Source: Vicinamibacterales bacterium
Lineage (GTDB): Bacteria; Acidobacteriota; Vicinamibacteria; Vicinamibacterales; 2-12-FULL-66-21
DNA length: 64,000 nucleotides
NCBI GenBank assembly: GCA_035463475.1
Contig: DATHTE010000133.1
Coordinates: forward strand, 3,056-67,055
Reading direction: 5' to 3'
Of this stretch, positions 63,194 through 64,000 are shown piece by piece. The position numbers and the translations under genes were made by a program. Positions within the stretch are counted from its first letter, which is position 1; the number at the start of each line of letters is the position of its first letter. The notes beneath the pieces were generated by a model. The model was not told the origin of the DNA. It ran no database searches and was given only the letters and a program-made list of their open reading frames with translations.

Positions 63194-64000
63194 ACCGTTT
63201 CGTCCGCACCGTGCTGAAGCCCAATGAGATGCCGCCGCTTACCGCGAGCGTGGACGCGTTGGCGTCCGCGCGGGAGATCGTTCGGCCCAGGCTGCCGAAC
63301 ACCGCGGCGGTCGGCGTCAGCACGTACATGAGCGCGCCGTTCAGGTCGTACCGGCTCTTGCCGAGCTCGAGCGCGTCGGCCAGCGGATCGTCGGAGAGCG
63401 AGCGCGAGTGACTGAGCGTGGCTACCACGACGATGCGATCGTTCAGCGGCACTTCGATCGCGCCGGCCCCGAACACCGACCCGCGAGAGAAGTATCCGCC
63501 CGAACCGTAGACGCGGAAGCTCGGAAATCGACGCTCGACGGTCACGGGGATCGCCCAGTTGACCCGGCTCTCTCCTTCGATCGCGGAGCCGGAGCTGAGA
63601 ATCTCCACGACGGGCGCCACCGCCAGTCCGAACGTACGCCCCTCGACGTCCGGATCGATGATTCCGACCTTGGCCGACAGGTACGTGTCGCCCAGGCCGC
63701 GGCTGGTGTAGCCATCGGTGTACGACGCATGCGAATACGGCGCGTTCACACTGACGTGCACCCGCCGATCGAGCGCGTACCCGGCGTCCATGCTCGGAAG
63801 GTCCCACTGGTGGCCGAACCTCGACTGCCAGTAGCCGACGCCGAACGTCGTCCAGCCTTTGCCCTTCGGCAGGAACGAGGCATCGTCCAGCCACATGCCG
63901 AAGTGGCGGACGCCGGTGCCCGCAATTGTTGCAGCCTGTTCGGAAGTGGCCGGCGGCTGCGGCGCCTTCGCGCCACGCCCCTTGCCCAGGCTCTTGCCCT
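63192..64000 (-). CDS. Putative outer-membrane beta-barrel protein (5' end beyond the window)
   Basis: The translation shows an alternating-hydrophobic beta-strand pattern with aromatic strand ends (...GISLGFSTVRTKR terminus). My reading shows the frame stays open from 63897 to 64000 (GKSLGKGRGAKAPQPPATSEQAATIAGTGVRHFG-MWLDD), so the real start probably lies outside the window. Confidence 0.55.
   Translation of the reverse strand, partial: GKSLGKGRGAKAPQPPATSEQAATIAGTGVRHFGMWLDDASFLPKGKGWTTFGVGYWQSRFGHQWDLPSMDAGYALDRRVHVSVNAPYSHASYTDGYTSRGLGDTYLSAKVGIIDPDVEGRTFGLAVAPVVEILSSGSAIEGESRVNWAIPVTVERRFPSFRVYGSGGYFSRGSVFGAGAIEVPLNDRIVVVATLSHSRSLSDDPLADALELGKSRYDLNGALMYVLTPTAAVFGSLGRTISRADANASTLAVSGGISLGFSTVRTKR

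Overview
High-GC chromosomal segment (roughly two-thirds G+C by eye) with about 50 tightly packed protein-coding genes on both strands. I found no rRNA, tRNA, CRISPR array, transposase or integrase. The gene content suggests an Acidobacteriota-like soil bacterium (inference only): an orphan duplicated FtsX/ADOP-type permease, a CBM9/DUF5916 outer-membrane protein, a carboxypeptidase-regulatory-like receptor N-terminus and many secreted peptidases. Recognisable blocks, left to right: EEP phosphoesterase, M16 zinc peptidase and a secreted arginase-family protein; an AddA/AddB-type helicase-nuclease pair; Uma2 endonuclease; a response regulator, prolyl oligopeptidase, CheB-CheR-PAS fusion and hybrid histidine kinase run; an SBP56 (methanethiol-oxidase-like) gene with a membrane partner and a wHTH/alpha-beta-hydrolase regulator; ADOP permease; 1-Cys peroxiredoxin; an SSS transporter, GHMP kinase and GH109-like oxidoreductase trio; a small accessory patch (Big_2 lipoprotein, small membrane protein, decayed HXXEE gene, methyltransferase); a WYL regulator divergent from a two-gene operon of unknown function; NmrA-like protein; DsbI-like DsbB fusion; nucleotidyltransferase; alanine:cation symporter; dynamin-like GTPase; HD hydrolase; truA; PQQ sugar dehydrogenase; a TatT-type TRAP transporter; DUF5916; and ppc. 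The most system-like unexplained unit is the WYL regulator with the ARPP-1/DUF6569-like protein and a 115-aa orphan (39778-42307). The non-coding DNA is also unusually structured. It contains a family of GGGG..C..CC.TTTT palindromic elements, one of them a perfect 26-bp inverted repeat touching the ppc start codon. It also contains block-structured heptanucleotide tandem arrays with G-quadruplex potential, a 29/30-identical 30-bp intergenic repeat, a GTCCGCC-loop-GGCGGAC hairpin family and three decayed genes. All family calls come from reading motifs in the translations; no database search was run.
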